Shown here: piece by piece, positions 37,485 to 50,692 of the stretch
How positions within the stretch are numbered: the stretch's first letter is position 1
Layout of the letters: each line of letters opens with the position of its first letter
DNA from: Lingula anatina
Lineage: Eukaryota > Animalia > Brachiopoda
Assembly (NCBI GenBank): GCA_051362555.1
Contig: CM120646.1
Span: 6,882,001-6,946,000, forward strand
DNA: 64,000 bases
Direction: 5' to 3'
Made by a program: the position numbers and the translations under genes
The notes under the pieces: model-generated
Seen by the model: only the letters and a program-made list of their open reading frames with translations
What the model was told of the DNA's origin: nothing
Database searches by the model: none

Positions 37485-37626
37485 TTTCTGTGAAGCAGAC
37501 GAGAAGGCCCGCCGGTCACAGATTAGAGAAACGCACAAGAAGGTTCGACCCGAACCAATTGAAGGCCCTTCAAAAGTGTCATTGCGATATTGTGTTGTGA
37601 CGTATTGGAGCTTCCATCTGATTTCC

Positions 37627-37632
37627 AATAAA
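37627..37632 (+). terminator. Candidate polyadenylation signal for Post1
   Basis: First AATAAA after the stop codon, followed by TG-rich sequence. Further AATAAA sites lie near 37874 and 38352. Confidence 0.35.
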
Positions 37633-40600
37633 CAACCAGATTGTTTGTGATTTTCTCTAAAATTTAAAAAAATCTTGTAAATGATGAGACAGTCAAAACT
37701 TTTTTAGAAATAGTCGCAGAAGTCTTCAAATGACTTCGATCGAAATTAACCTAATGCCAATATCCGACCAAAATGCAGACGTTCATTGGTCAAAGGGCGC
37801 ACGTGAAATGATCATTTAAAATGATTACGTACAGGGGTCTTTAAAATATGTTGATCGACGGTGACCTAGCATAATAAAGATGCAGCAGACTGGCGGCTGG
37901 TCGTCGATGCATCAGGTGCATGAATACTCGGGTGTATATTTATAGCATCGGATAATATGCCTTGTCAGGCCCACCAAAATGCACGGCTGTTTAGACTGAC
38001 GGGAGTCAAAGTTCGACATAATGTCAACTTTAGAATCACACTTGTAGATTCGGGATAAGACCAAATAAGCCCAAAGTTGGTTCTTCATTCTTTCCATCTG
38101 TGACCAAGAAAACAGCCTTCAATATCTGTCTTTTTCGTGTACCAATACACCAAATTGTTGAGTTGTGAGGTTTTATCAACTTTTCACTAAATGATTTGTC
38201 AGCCGATTGAATACTTGAAACATGATCTTCGTGTTTACATTCTCTCCAGAATTCATGGATATTCTGACTGCTATACGACGGTAAGAATCAATGATGTTGT
38301 ATGCATGGAAAGATAAATCAGTGTTCAGCGTTTTATTCACACGCAGCAAAGAATAAACACTGTGACACTGACGTTTTACAGTACGAGAATATCATATTCT
38401 TGGTTCCAGTTGAACAATGTTGTTCTTTCAGGAAATTTAAAGATTTTCAAACATTTTCCCTTTTGTAATGAATAACAATAAGGCATTCCTTGTCCATGTA
38501 ACATATAGATATCAAAATATGAATAATATTATATATTCCAGATATACTTGTAATTGTGTATGATCTCATTGATATATTTGAAACAGTATTTTTACGTGAG
38601 AATACTCAGGTCTCAAGTTTTTGCAGCGAAATAAGATGCACTCAAGGATACTTAATTAATTATGTCTAGCATCTAAATGGTAATTTAATATGTAGTTATT
38701 TATTACATACATGTGAATTTGCTGATGATCTTGTATCAAACACCACACAAATACTACTTATATTAGTAAAAGTCAAATATATTGATCCGCATTTTATATT
38801 GTAATATTATTGTTAAAGATTTTAAAAGATCTTTGTATATTTCTTGCAAATTTTATAGAAACGAAAACTGGCAGTAACAATATTTTTCTCGTTTATAAAC
38901 AGATAATACTGAGGATTATTTCTTATTTCATGAATGGTTCAGGTACGTATAGTGAGTACGTGTAGTAAGTACATAATTCACGAGCAATCATTAGATAGTG
39001 TACAGATTGATTAACGAAAATAATATAATAATTGGAGAATCTTATCATTTTGTATATTGACTCAATGATATTATATATCTATACCGTAAAATTGATCCTA
39101 CGTGAACACTGATAAATGACTCTTTGAGAGAAATTATATGTAATATTATAAGTTGTACCCCAGTATGTACTTAGGGCAGATTTTCTTGCTTTTAATGCAC
39201 AAAACCAAGGCAAAGAAATTATGCTTAAACTTGAGAGTGCAAACATTCCACGTGCTAAATGAGCTCTTGTACTTTGTATGAAAATAAATGAACCATATTA
39301 TATGCACAGTTGCGTTTTTATCAGCTTTACATGCGCTGCGGTTTGTGTTACATAGATATAAAATATCAACAGATGTTTGACAATTGTACACGAAAGATGC
39401 AAATGAAAATTTCTCATTTAAATTTTGTCCTCGATAAATTGATTCCCGGGCAAACAAACTCACTTCTCAACTGTTCCGACTGGAATTCGTTCGATCATTT
39501 ATCGCTCTAGTATACAGAGTCAAAACCTCTGCATATAAGTGGGGCTCGAAAATATAATACGCAATTCAGTTGGATTTCCCCCTCCATATTTGTGTATATC
39601 GAATCTTTAGAAGGAGATGCCAAGTACCATTATAAATGGTATTTAGTATGACAAGGAGGTGGGGGACGAATCACGACCTTATGCTCTCTGATTCTGGGAG
39701 CATCCGGTCGGTATAGGTGATGTTATGCAATGGAAACTCACATATCACGAGATGGTTCAATTTGTAAAAAAAAAAAAAGAGAGAGCGGTAAGGTTTCGCG
39801 TTAAAAAATTAATACTACAGTATATCATCGAGATTGGATATAGAACTTTGTTTGTTGTAATCATTAAACCTACGTGTATCCATAGGAGTGAGAATAAACT
39901 CTCAGATTAAAAATTCTCACTAGGCAATATAAGCAGTCTTATGTCTGACTGAGACCAAAAGTTAATCATTTAAGTCTGGGTCCCAACCCTATGTACGGGC
40001 TTCTACGTCTATTCTACTATTCTACTCCTATTCTGGCACAGCTTTGATACGTTAAAATAGGCATTTTGACGGCATACGCAAGCGCGTATGCGTGCACACG
40101 TATCTACAATCGCAAGCTAAATGGTGATGGCAGTCTGTTTTTTGTTTTTTTTTTATTCTTTTGAGACTTTATAGTGATGTATTTACAGCGTCGCCCTGTA
40201 TATGCCAATGATGTAGAAAAATCATTAAATCTAAAATGCAGCACACGTCTAATATGAACATCGAGCGACAGAATGCACTAGAGCTGTGTGCAGTTACAAA
40301 TGTATGGGTGAGGAAAATGAACAGTATTTAAGCGTTAAAAGGCCCGGGGGAATGTTGGGAAGAAAGTAGCTCCAATTGAACCCCCTCCCCCCCCCCCTCA
40401 CCCCCACCCCCACCCACCTCATCTCCAGATATTTTTGCAAAATAGTTTTGGGAATTTTACAAAGTCCTGCCATAAACTTCAACAGCTCCTCCCAGCGTTT
40501 TTCATGCAAGGGCGTGTTCCTTGTCTGTTTATTCATTCTTTTCTGCATTTCTTTATTCCTTTCGCTTCAGAGTTTTTCTACTTCGAATGTCACATTTCCC

Positions 40601-41103
40601 AATCAGTTACTAGATAGGGAAAATATGAAAAATTGAGTTATATAGTTTTCTCTTTATCAAAGAAAAGAATGAAACCATCTAAACACCTTCTTCTGTTGCT
40701 ATTTCAAATTAAAAATTTTGTGCACATTTCTGAATTAATACAGCTGGTCTAATACCGCGGGAAGAGTATAACACACTGCTCCATTTCTGTGGAATGTGTC
40801 TTCTCCAAATGTGCAGTCTCAACTACCGCATTGATATCATCAAAACGTGCAATCCATTTAGGTCTGTATATTGTATGAGTCATGAAACGTTATGTGCCTT
40901 TAATTTTTGTTTTGAACGTAGTATGTGATTTTCTTTTCTTCAGCATCTTTAGTGTATATGTTCATATTACTACAGACAATATGTTTGGCTTCATAAAATC
41001 ATATTGAATATCAGCTCAGTTTGTAAGATCATCACTGTGTATACGACAATAATAAATAGTCAACAAAACACACACCAGAAATAACACCACAGATTCAATA
41101 ACA

Positions 41104-41109
41104 TTTATT
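41104..41109 (-). terminator. Candidate polyadenylation signal for NSCL/NHLH
   Basis: AATAAA on the minus strand about 360 nt after the stop, followed by a GU/U-rich tract (plus-strand aacaaaacacacaccag...acaccac, 41062-41090). Confidence 0.55.
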
Positions 41110-41471
41110 CACTCTGCGTAGCTGCAGTTTAAATAAGAACTCGAAAAAAAAAAGAGAAACGATACTTAAATGATAACATACCAAGGCCACGAAATATTCG
41201 TGGATATAATATAAAAGTTGCACAAAATAGCACCGATGGATTATGATACACGATATGACGAGTTAGGTATTAAATGGAACATGCCTCTGGCGACCTCTCG
41301 TTGACGTAGTGTATTCCTTCTGATTGCCTCAGGTGAGACACCGTCGCATTTTGTCACAACCGCCAGTTTAAATTTTGCAAACGAACACAATCAATGCGTG
41401 CGATGTTCGTCGCTCGATAAAATGAGACGGATGTTAATTCTCCGTATTTAAACAATGCTCTTTCTTATGAA

Positions 41472-41822
41472 TCAGCTCAGTTCAAGAACATGGTTAAGAT
41501 AGGATATGTAACAAATGGCTAATCTAAGAATTTCTATTTTAGATAATTTCTTATCTGGCGGGAGGGTTGGAAGTAGCTTTCTGAGGTCGGAAAAGGCCAC
41601 ATTAAAAGCTTCTACTCGAATGCGTTCCCTAGTAGCGTGCGCCGTGCGATATTTTTGAGTAGCTCGTCGTCTTCGCCGTCTCTCCTCACGTGACAAGTGC
41701 CCGTTCTCCTGATTGGCTTTCTTAGCGCCACGTGACCCCTGGCCCTGGTTGGCAGCAAAACTTCCTTTTGAACTTTCCGAATCATCAGGAGAATGGGGCT
41801 GCATATTTGTCATATTATTCAT
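41472..41822 (-). CDS. NHLH1: NSCL/NHLH (HEN/HLH4C) neural bHLH transcription factor, 116 aa, single coding exon
   Basis: [65 protein letters not shown] is the diagnostic NSCL bHLH. An in-frame TAG lies upstream of the ATG. An acceptor ttttttttag at 41871-41872 implies a non-coding upstream exon. This is presumably a co-orthologue of vertebrate NHLH1/2. Confidence 0.95.
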   Translation of the reverse strand: MNNMTNMQPHSPDDSESSKGSFAANQGQGSRGAKKANQENGHLSREERRRRRRATQKYRTAHATRERIRVEAFNVAFSDLRKLLPTLPPDKKLSKIEILRLAICYISYLNHVLELS

Positions 41823-42838
41823 GGAGTTCTTTGGAGGCTTCTATTTTTCCGTTGGAAACTCAATGTCCTCCTAAAAAAAAGAACAATGGTATTATCAATA
41901 TTGACAACCATCAAAAGAGAGTGAGTGATATTAGTTATTCAGTTGGAAAGAGTCCGACTGCCTACCATACTTTCATTCTGTGATGTATTTTTTCAATTGT
42001 TATATTTTATTTTATTTTATTTCATATTTCGTACTTATATTTCAGTAGACATTTACGACTGTATTCAGAGGTTGAAAGGATATACACGTTGTACTGGCTT
42101 CTCAGTAATCAAAGCGTGCAATACACAACAAATCGACATTTCCAAAAATATGTATATCATTTGAAACCCCCTTTTCTTGGGATAGCTTTGAAATAACATG
42201 ACTGAAACAAGTTAAAAACGTGCGCTTATCTGAACGTTAATAAATGAAGCAGAAACTAAGATGTAATAAATACTTTGCCGATCAGGCTCCGTCTTGTCTC
42301 AACTGATATTCATAGAAAATTCTCTGCAAAGAATAGGTAGGCTAAATATACATGAATGATTTGGAATCATTCTAAATACCACAGATTGTAAGGAAAATGG
42401 ATCAGATGAGCACCAATTACGTCTGAATACTTCTTTGAAAAACAACACATTTTAGAGATCACACAATCTTATCTAAATTCTGTAAGTTTCAGGGCTACAC
42501 ACGTGGGATAACACGTGTTTTTTAACAGACTAGGGATTCTAACAACACAACAACCCCATTAACAAATAACCAACATTACAAGAGCGTTGACATCCCCTAG
42601 ACAAATAATCATAGAGTAAAATAGTTAGAGAATCGGATTCAGTTGAACGCGTAATTGAATTTTTCATTGACATTTGTGAAGATTGTTTGGTCACAAATTA
42701 CAGGTTTATAAAACCATAAACTCCTTTAATTCGCGGCCGGAGGTTCTTTAAATGCATTAAAATTATCTTGCCCCAAAATAATGGCAAATAGACCACGGTT
42801 AATAGCGGAATACCATCCCTTCACACCCGTTGCACACA

Positions 42839-42872
<34 letters not shown>

Positions 42873-44007
42873 ATTCCACCATACATTGCTCCGAACTTTT
42901 AGGCAAAAAAAATCGGTCTATTGATTTTTTTCTCAAAGTAAATACAGTAAAGTCTAACTAAACGGCATGTTAGTACTGGCCTGAAACATTCGTCGTGCAT
43001 TTATGTTATAAAAAGGGTTCAATATTTGATTAAATTTGGACTAGTACAGATGTATCGTGCGTAGAAATAAAGTTGCACATGTAGGCTAAATGATGGTTTA
43101 AAAGTTGAGAACATTTGTCGGGCTAAAGGTGTATTGTGAAACAGGCCACAACTGATTTAAATTAAAAAGCATTCTACAATGTGACTAAGAAACTGAAGAC
43201 ATTTATTTTCTTTTCAACATCAAATTTCATGGTCAATGTCTATTTATTTGTTTACTTAATTATCAAATTGTTTTCGTGCACTGGAGAATGGGTCGACAGT
43301 TTCACCAAATCCACGAAATTGATGATCTCAAGTCATAGACACGAACACCCCTATTATTCGGCTCAAAATCGTACTTCGTGGAGTTAAATGACTGTCGTCA
43401 GATTTAAATATTCGGATTACATATACCCGTGACAGGCCAGACTTCATTTATATTTATTTTTCGAAATAAATTAAACCGATATATTCCGAATGTTTTTTGT
43501 TTTTTTAATGGAGAAGGATTACCGCCAATCTGAACTGTATACTACAAAATACAAAAAAACAACAAAAAAGAGAAAACCTCTGTGATCCATGTCAGATGGA
43601 ATATATAGATTTTTTTGTAAATTAGAAGACAATGTGTTGTCGTTATTTCCACTGTTTTCACCTTTCAAAATCGATTGATGGCAGCTGCTGCGAGAAAACA
43701 TTACACGTCTAGGGTGGGCCGCAGTCACGCAAAATCTCGTGTGAGAAGCAACTTTGAGACCTGTGACTCCACCACGTAAAATGTGAAAAAGCATGTGAAA
43801 ACCATTAAGCAAAAAAGCTTTTGTGATAGACGCAGACGATACGCTGTTAAAAGGATCAGTGCCGTTAGCTAAATAGAAAATATCAATTAAATACAAAGAA
43901 AGTGTGGATGAATTATCGATATAAGTTGGTCGGTTTTTTTGCAATGAACATTCTTATTTTGATGGATATCCTTGAGTGATTTGATGATTTATTTTCTCAG
44001 TTCAACG

Positions 44008-44010
<3 letters not shown>

Positions 44011-44051
<41 letters not shown>
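44011..44051. repeat. (TC)n microsatellite
   Basis: Pure CT run. Confidence 0.95.
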
Positions 44052-44053
<2 letters not shown>

Positions 44054-45699
44054 AGTGCTTAAAAATAGATAGCATGAATAAAGTCAAAATATTTTGTTAA
44101 GACGATCTCCGTATCGGTTTATTTATCATAGTAACGCATTCAAATGCGCATGTCCGATAGTTGCCCAAAAAAGAAACTGTATTTCTATTCCCGGGGAAAA
44201 AAAGTATAATTTGCACGCTTTCTTCTGCTGCAAAATGGCCAGTAAAAATAAATATGCAACTAAGAGTGTACTTGTAGGTCTATCGAGACATTGTTTGTAC
44301 GTATGACACTTTTTTCAGATATCAATTACCCGATGAAAAAAAAACAATTCACCATGTAGAGATATTACAAAACACCTGAGCATCCTTGAAAATGCATGTT
44401 TGCCATTATTACCGCCAATCGTTTCCTTTTCCATGCACTTCACTTTCCCTATCTAATACCGCGCTTCCATAATATGTCTACTTTTGGGTTAACAGATGCC
44501 TAATCGAAAGAAATGCGAGAGCCGCGTCTTCCATTATGTTTGTCGTGACTGTTTAAGCATCCGTGGCACGCGATTTGTACACACTGAAAGAGCTTTGTAA
44601 TATGATATCTGTCTATGATGTTAATTTGATTTTAATTTAATTAATTTCCTCAATGGGGGGGGGGGGGGGGTGGAATGGAAAGGTGTCGTAACGGGATTTC
44701 CGGAGCGAGGTAGGGGGGGTGGGGTTTAGAACGATGAATTCAACCTGAACAAATTAGCATGTTTTTGAAGCAAAAAAACGGAATTCCTAAATAGTATGTT
44801 TGGAGTAGAGCAGAAACAAAGATGATCGAATGACCACTTGACACGTTTATTTGAATATATGCTAGGAATTCCTAAAATTGCTTCGAACTGTGATACTAAT
44901 ACAGGATTATTGAACGAGAGAAATGCAAACGGATCGACCCTCCCCCCCCCTCCAAAAAAAAAAAAAAAAAATAGATAATGATTCAAAATATGTTTTCCAC
45001 GTAGAATGAAAGTCGATGCCATACACATAGTGTTCTTGGAATAATGCTTCAAAGAATAAAAATAAAAGACTGCTATTTGTAGGAGATAACAATGAAAAAC
45101 ATGTCTTGTTTCAAGGGGTCACTTCCCAGAAAAGAAAAGAAAATATCTTATTACAATTGATTTGGCTCCTGAATAAGTATGTATAGAATGTTAACAGACA
45201 GTGGAAACGGATAATCCATTCATAAACTTGATGATTTCATGGGAAACGATACACGATACAAATAAAAGTACGTTTGCGATAATGCCTTATATAAAGTACA
45301 AACTATTGTCGCAGCAGCTTATTTTGTAGCCTTCTTTGCACGCGTTTCCCTGTACAACGCGGACGTTGATATTTCATTTTTACAAAACACGTGATGTATT
45401 CTGTCCATTTCACATAAACGTTCAAACTTATTTTAATCTTGCGTTGAAGATGCTCAGTAAGTCCCTTATTAAATTGCTGTGCACCATAAGAAACCAGTCG
45501 AAATTCTTTCTAAGAGCGAATATCATATACCAAAATTCATGCCAATATTTTGACTGTGATTAGTAGAGCCATTCACTTCCGTAAATACATGAAGAAATTC
45601 ATTCTTGTTTAATGGTTTAATGGATGAATATTTTAAATTGATACTTGCAAGGGGTGAACATCAGACAGCCAACAGACGGACAGACAAACAGACACTCAC

Positions 45700-45991
45700 A
45701 TCTAAACAGAGGCAGTCAGACAGATAGGCGAATTTCTCCGCATTTACTGAATTTTTAATATGTACTTTTAACGGCATCACCATCATCTTTAAATAACTAT
45801 GGGAGATACTCTAAGAGAAATTCCCATCGGCAAATGCGCCGGTTACATGCAGTAAAAATTTCGAGACGCACGGGACCTAATGAAGAGCGAAGGAGGACTA
45901 ATGAAGTGTAAGGAAACCAACTGTATCACGCCGCATGCTACCACACGTGCACGTGACTCAGAACAATAGTGTTGACGTCGTTGCGATGAAC
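45700..45991 (-). other. Tentative non-coding 5'UTR exon of NSCL/NHLH
   Basis: Minus-strand acceptor gatttttcattttcag| (45992-45993) and donor |GTGAGT (45699-45694) bracket a GC-richer 292-nt block. Confidence 0.35.
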
Positions 45992-46619
45992 CTGAAAATG
46001 AAAAATCAACTTTCTGTTCCTGGCGTTTTCGGCAATTATCTATTTTCACTACTAAACAAGGACTATTTTGTAATTTATAATAGGATAAATCTCGAGAATC
46101 CAATGTCATTTGCCGTTATAGAATTAGCTAAAAAAATAAATAAATTGTGCATTTGACTCCTTCGTGCAAATTAGTTGAGCTAAAATAGAACTTTTTTGAC
46201 AAAATATGTGCCGTTTTCTTAATATTTATTTTAGAATAGGCACGCTTATTTTATGTCTAATTGGACTACTGTACGTTGACTAGTGAGGAATGACCCATGT
46301 ACTTTGAAGACAGGAAAATATGCTGTTTTGACAGAGATTTAGCCACAAAGTCGCATGGATGTATTTCTTTTTAAGACTTTGCAATTCGGAGTTTTCAAAT
46401 TCTTTTAGTGGTGCAGATGTTTCCAGTCCATTCTTTTATTTTAATTATTCAAAAATGTTTCTGACAGTGAAGATGCAAATTTATGAAAAAATTATTATAT
46501 TGAAAACAAAAGAATAAAGCTTTAATTTTATTTCACAATACTGAGTAGATTTCAAGATCTCAATTTCACGAACAATAAAGAGAAAGAGACAAAAATACAT
46601 CAAAAGGCAGCGTTTGGTC

Positions 46620-46720
46620 AACACGGGTCACTCAAGTTCAGTCTCTATTCAAGTGTGAGATCGTGCGTCTTGAAACTGACACCTCTATAGTGCAGCGTTA
46701 GACCCACTGGAACTAAAGGC
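46620..46720 (-). mobile_element. Possible degenerate tRNA-derived SINE head
   Basis: Minus strand has an A-box-like TAGTTCCAGTGG (46715-46704) and a B-box-like GTTTCAAGAC (46676-46667). No complete cloverleaf. Confidence 0.25.
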
Positions 46721-49700
46721 ATGAAAGGGAATTCCACGCTCTACGCCGAGAGAGCGCAGTCGGCTGATTTTCGCTATCATTTATAGCGGTCGTATCGATC
46801 CTGCGATCACCATACATGAACGCCCGCTTCAGTCAGTGGCGGTGAAACATAACAAACATGAACCGATGCATACAGTTTAGTTTTGATTACTTTATGACAT
46901 TATAGACTTAGCGGCTCAAGTACAGGCATAGAGTACCTCTATACAGATACACTGTACATATACAGCAGCTTATATGTATAATAACTATTTGCCCTTGTGC
47001 CATAAGTCGATTAAATGTATGCTATTTGCCAACCAAACCAAATTCTTTAGAAGAAAGGCTTTTCCTTCCGCCATTGTCTCAGAAAAGTTTTTTTTTTCGG
47101 TACATATTCATAGTTATTTAGCTGGCTAATTCTGTGCAATTTTCCGTATCAGTCCAGCGTAAAAGAGCCATCTGACTTCAGGGAGAAAGTAGTACCGTAA
47201 TTCGCTATTTTAATTCCCCTTTAGCGTTGCCGATATCACTCCATCTCGTGAATTGAACCATGCCTTCAATATTTATTATTAGATGCATACAAAGTCAATT
47301 CTTTGTCACAAAAGCCGACCAAATGCCAGCATATAGTTTCAAGTAGTATAACTAAGAGAATTACCAAAAGGCATTGTTTTATTTTACCCGAAAATGATGT
47401 TTGAACAGATTTTTCTGCTAGCATTCTATGCTGTATGTCAATGGGACAGAAAAGTAGGTCACGAAAGTAGGTTAAATTGACAACCAAAAATTTAAAGAAA
47501 GGAGCAGTCTAAAGCTCTTTTATGTCTGATCGAGTGATCTATTCAGTTTATCCCTTGGCATGTTGAATTTATTTGAGTCGTATCAGAAACTAGTAGAACT
47601 GTGTTATTGGGAATCCACGGTCCACCGATGCTCGGTTCGCATGTACCTTTAACTAAACGATGTACCTAAAGATTCTTGGACGGTTTAAGGTACGAAACCT
47701 GACAATTTTAATATTTTCATATTTACTCATACTGTATCCCCCCTCTCCCACATAAAAAACTGGTAATAATTTGGACTCCATTCACAATATTCCCATGAAC
47801 TTTTCCAGAATCATAAAATGATCCATGCAGCACTTCTAAAACTTTCTTTCTTTTTGTCCTTTATATACCAAAAAGAAGTACTGAAAATCTGCTCAAATTT
47901 CCCTTTATCGCCAAGGTATATCATATACGAAACTGTTGGCAAAATAATCATCTATAAACCTGTTTTCAAGTTCTAAATGTCAAATTCTTTACTGTCCTAA
48001 AGTAGGTTTCGGAGACCTTCGCATACTATACGCTATGCAAGAGACTATAAGTTCAGACGAACGCAAAAAAAAAAAAAAAAAGCACACGCATTCATTACAT
48101 ATATTCCCACGCGCAATATTATCCCATTAAATAATTGAAACCGAAGTAATAGCTGGAACAAAATGCAATATAGCACATAAAACTTATTCCTATTCTTCTC
48201 AACGACCGTTTTTATTAGACCTGAATTGAACTAATGTGTTGTTACGGGGCCGCACCATAAGTGGATTTCTGAAAGCACTTGTTATACTACTCGATTGTTT
48301 CGTCGTTTATACCTGCTGTACATCAATCGATTTAATTAACAATTAGTCTCTCCGTTTTCTGAATTTTTGTCTTTCCATTGGTTCGTTAATTAATTGCCCA
48401 GAATATCTTATTATGTCCCCAAGATGGATTGCAATTTCATTGTCTCTGCTTCCAGCGCCTTAGAGTCATTCGGAGTAATGCCACGCAAGGAATGCTGATT
48501 TAATTGTGAATCGGACTGTAAAGAACATCAAACGTATCAATATTAGGAAATGTTCACACTAGAAGCAGATGTTTCTTTATTTTCTTTGCTTAGGCGGAAT
48601 ATTTTTTATTGTTTAAGTGTTTTCGGACATAGCTGATGTTACGAATATATTATACATTGATATACCATAAAATGACGACATAGAATCAAGGCGATGTTGA
48701 CAACTTGACTTCCTTTCTTTATTTCATTCATTTTTTTTTTTTGTATTTTCTGAACAGCACGAGCACCGATGAAAAAAATGTATATTTGCCTGATTTTATG
48801 AACGTTTTAAGAGAGCAGCATATTAAAAAGTCCAAACTATCTCACGTAGCAAAGAAGAATGCCCTCCACTTGAAGCCAACAAATATTATCTGTAAGGAAA
48901 GGAAACCTAAGACGCTTTTATACAAGTACCAATATCGCACAGTCCATTTTACGTAGTCGACTGTCGGAGTTTAGCCGAATAAGTTAAGGCTAGCAAGTAA
49001 AATATTGACCTTTTGTGAAAGGGGATCCTTGTGACGTAACAGAGAGATCGATTCAGATCTGATCTATCTTGTATGGTCTATGATCTTTATTAGTTCTTCA
49101 TTGATCCTGGCCTGGATAAGTCACATGAGGCGGTAAACGCTGTGTTTACTTGACTGTCCTGGTCTGTCAATTAGGGTGCTTTCCCAGAGATTTAGATCGA
49201 TCTAAAGATTAAGTTTTAGATCGACCTAACTCCCTGGGGGTTCAGGCTAAATTGCAGTCAGCCGAGCGGACACCATAGTTAATTACCCCTTTACAGCTTT
49301 TAGTGGGCGGGACAGACGCTTAAGCCGGCCAAGCTGACAGTAATCTAGTGAGACTCCCCACAGGGATAGATCGATCTAAAAATCTATGGAAATGGGGTGA
49401 TAGATGAGACGCAAACAAGGTTTCAAGTTAGCAGATTAAGATTGGTTTCAAAGTAATTGAAGCTCTTCCCCCCCCCCTCCACTCCCCCCACCCACCAAAA
49501 ATCGCTTTTATCCTGGTAAAGGATTCGCTAGAATAATGCCACTAATGCTTACTCAAAATTTAAATGTTGTTTGTAGTCAGATGAATTTTAATTTTTACCG
49601 TTCTTTGGAGTACGGTTATAATCGCTAAGCAATGCCGTCACACGCCCTGAATTGTTCTCTGCGCCTTGGTGCATATCATACTTGTTATTGTTCGGTGACA

Positions 49701-49797
49701 AGCAGACTTACTGATATCAGCTGTTGAATAATACAGAAAGAAAAAAAGAAAGAAAGAAAGGGTGCAAAATAGACGAAACTAAAGGCAGATAGTTAGT

Positions 49798-49798
<1 letters not shown>

Positions 49799-49840
<42 letters not shown>
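49799..49840. repeat. (TAGA)n microsatellite
   Basis: About 10 GATA units. Confidence 0.95.
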
Positions 49841-49841
<1 letters not shown>

Positions 49842-50415
49842 AGAGAAAACATGTATATCTATACAATGTTACTATTAGACTAAGTGAAATAGATATTCCC
49901 AACGACAAGAAATTATTCTAGAACCTTGGATAAGGAGCGACTGACAAAAAAAAAACGAAAGAAAAAAAATGAAAATCGAATCCTTCCCCTATGTTTACTG
50001 AGAGTCTTCCGTGCTTCCCAATGGGAATCTAGAGTTCAAACAATGATGAAGATGTTATCTTTAGAGCAGCACAGGGAAGGGTAATTACTCGAACATTTTC
50101 TGCAGAAAAAAAGTAGAATCTTTGTTCTCTATCGGAGTACATTGTTTCTAATTACTGAAACAAAAAAAAAACGCAACTTTCTCTGCATTTTTACCAATAT
50201 GTCATATAATAGGACATACCAAAGAAAATGCGTCTTAATCGTCAACAAAATTTGTTTTCTGCAATCCCAGTAAAAAATATTCCGTGTTTTTGATCGCAGA
50301 GGGTACAGTCACATATACAGGGGTCATAAACGCTACACGACAGAAAAGGATATATCCAAACCAATTTAGCAAAATTGTAACGTCTCACAGAAAACATGAG
50401 CTAATGACGCTATAA

Positions 50416-50444
50416 CCATGGAAGTATATGAAATACTTCCATGG
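50416..50444. mobile_element. 29-bp palindromic micro-insertion with near-perfect 5-bp TSD
   Basis: TATAA|CCATGGAAGTAT-ATGAA-ATACTTCCATGG|TGTAA. The adjacent tandem copy of the host repeat lacks it. Confidence 0.65.
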
Positions 50445-50515
50445 TGTAACCAAGCTTTCAAAATAGGTCAGAACAATAGTATATGTGACATGAGCTAATG
50501 CCGTTATAACTAAGC

Positions 50516-50692
50516 CAGGCCCGTAGCCAGGGGGGGGGGGGGGGGTTCGGGGGGTTCGAAAGAACCGCCCCTTTTGCTGGGAAAAGGTCCACTCTGGGTA
50601 AAATTTGATCTAGGTACATGAAGTTTTTATGGAAAAAGGTCCACTTTTTCAGAGAAAGAACCCCCCTTTTGAAATTGCTGGCTACGAGCCTG
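50516..50692. mobile_element. Non-autonomous hAT-type MITE with 5-bp TSD (hAT5-like)
   Basis: TIR CAGGCCCGTAGCCAG / CTGGCTACGAGCCTG (14/15). TAAGC is duplicated at 50511-50515 and 50693-50697. Internal aaaaggtccac occurs twice. Confidence 0.88.

Noticed and set aside
43519-43944. 141-aa minus-strand ORF upstream of NSCL
   Set aside because: Non-ATG start and no homology signal; the in-frame stop before the NSCL ATG excludes a coding extension.
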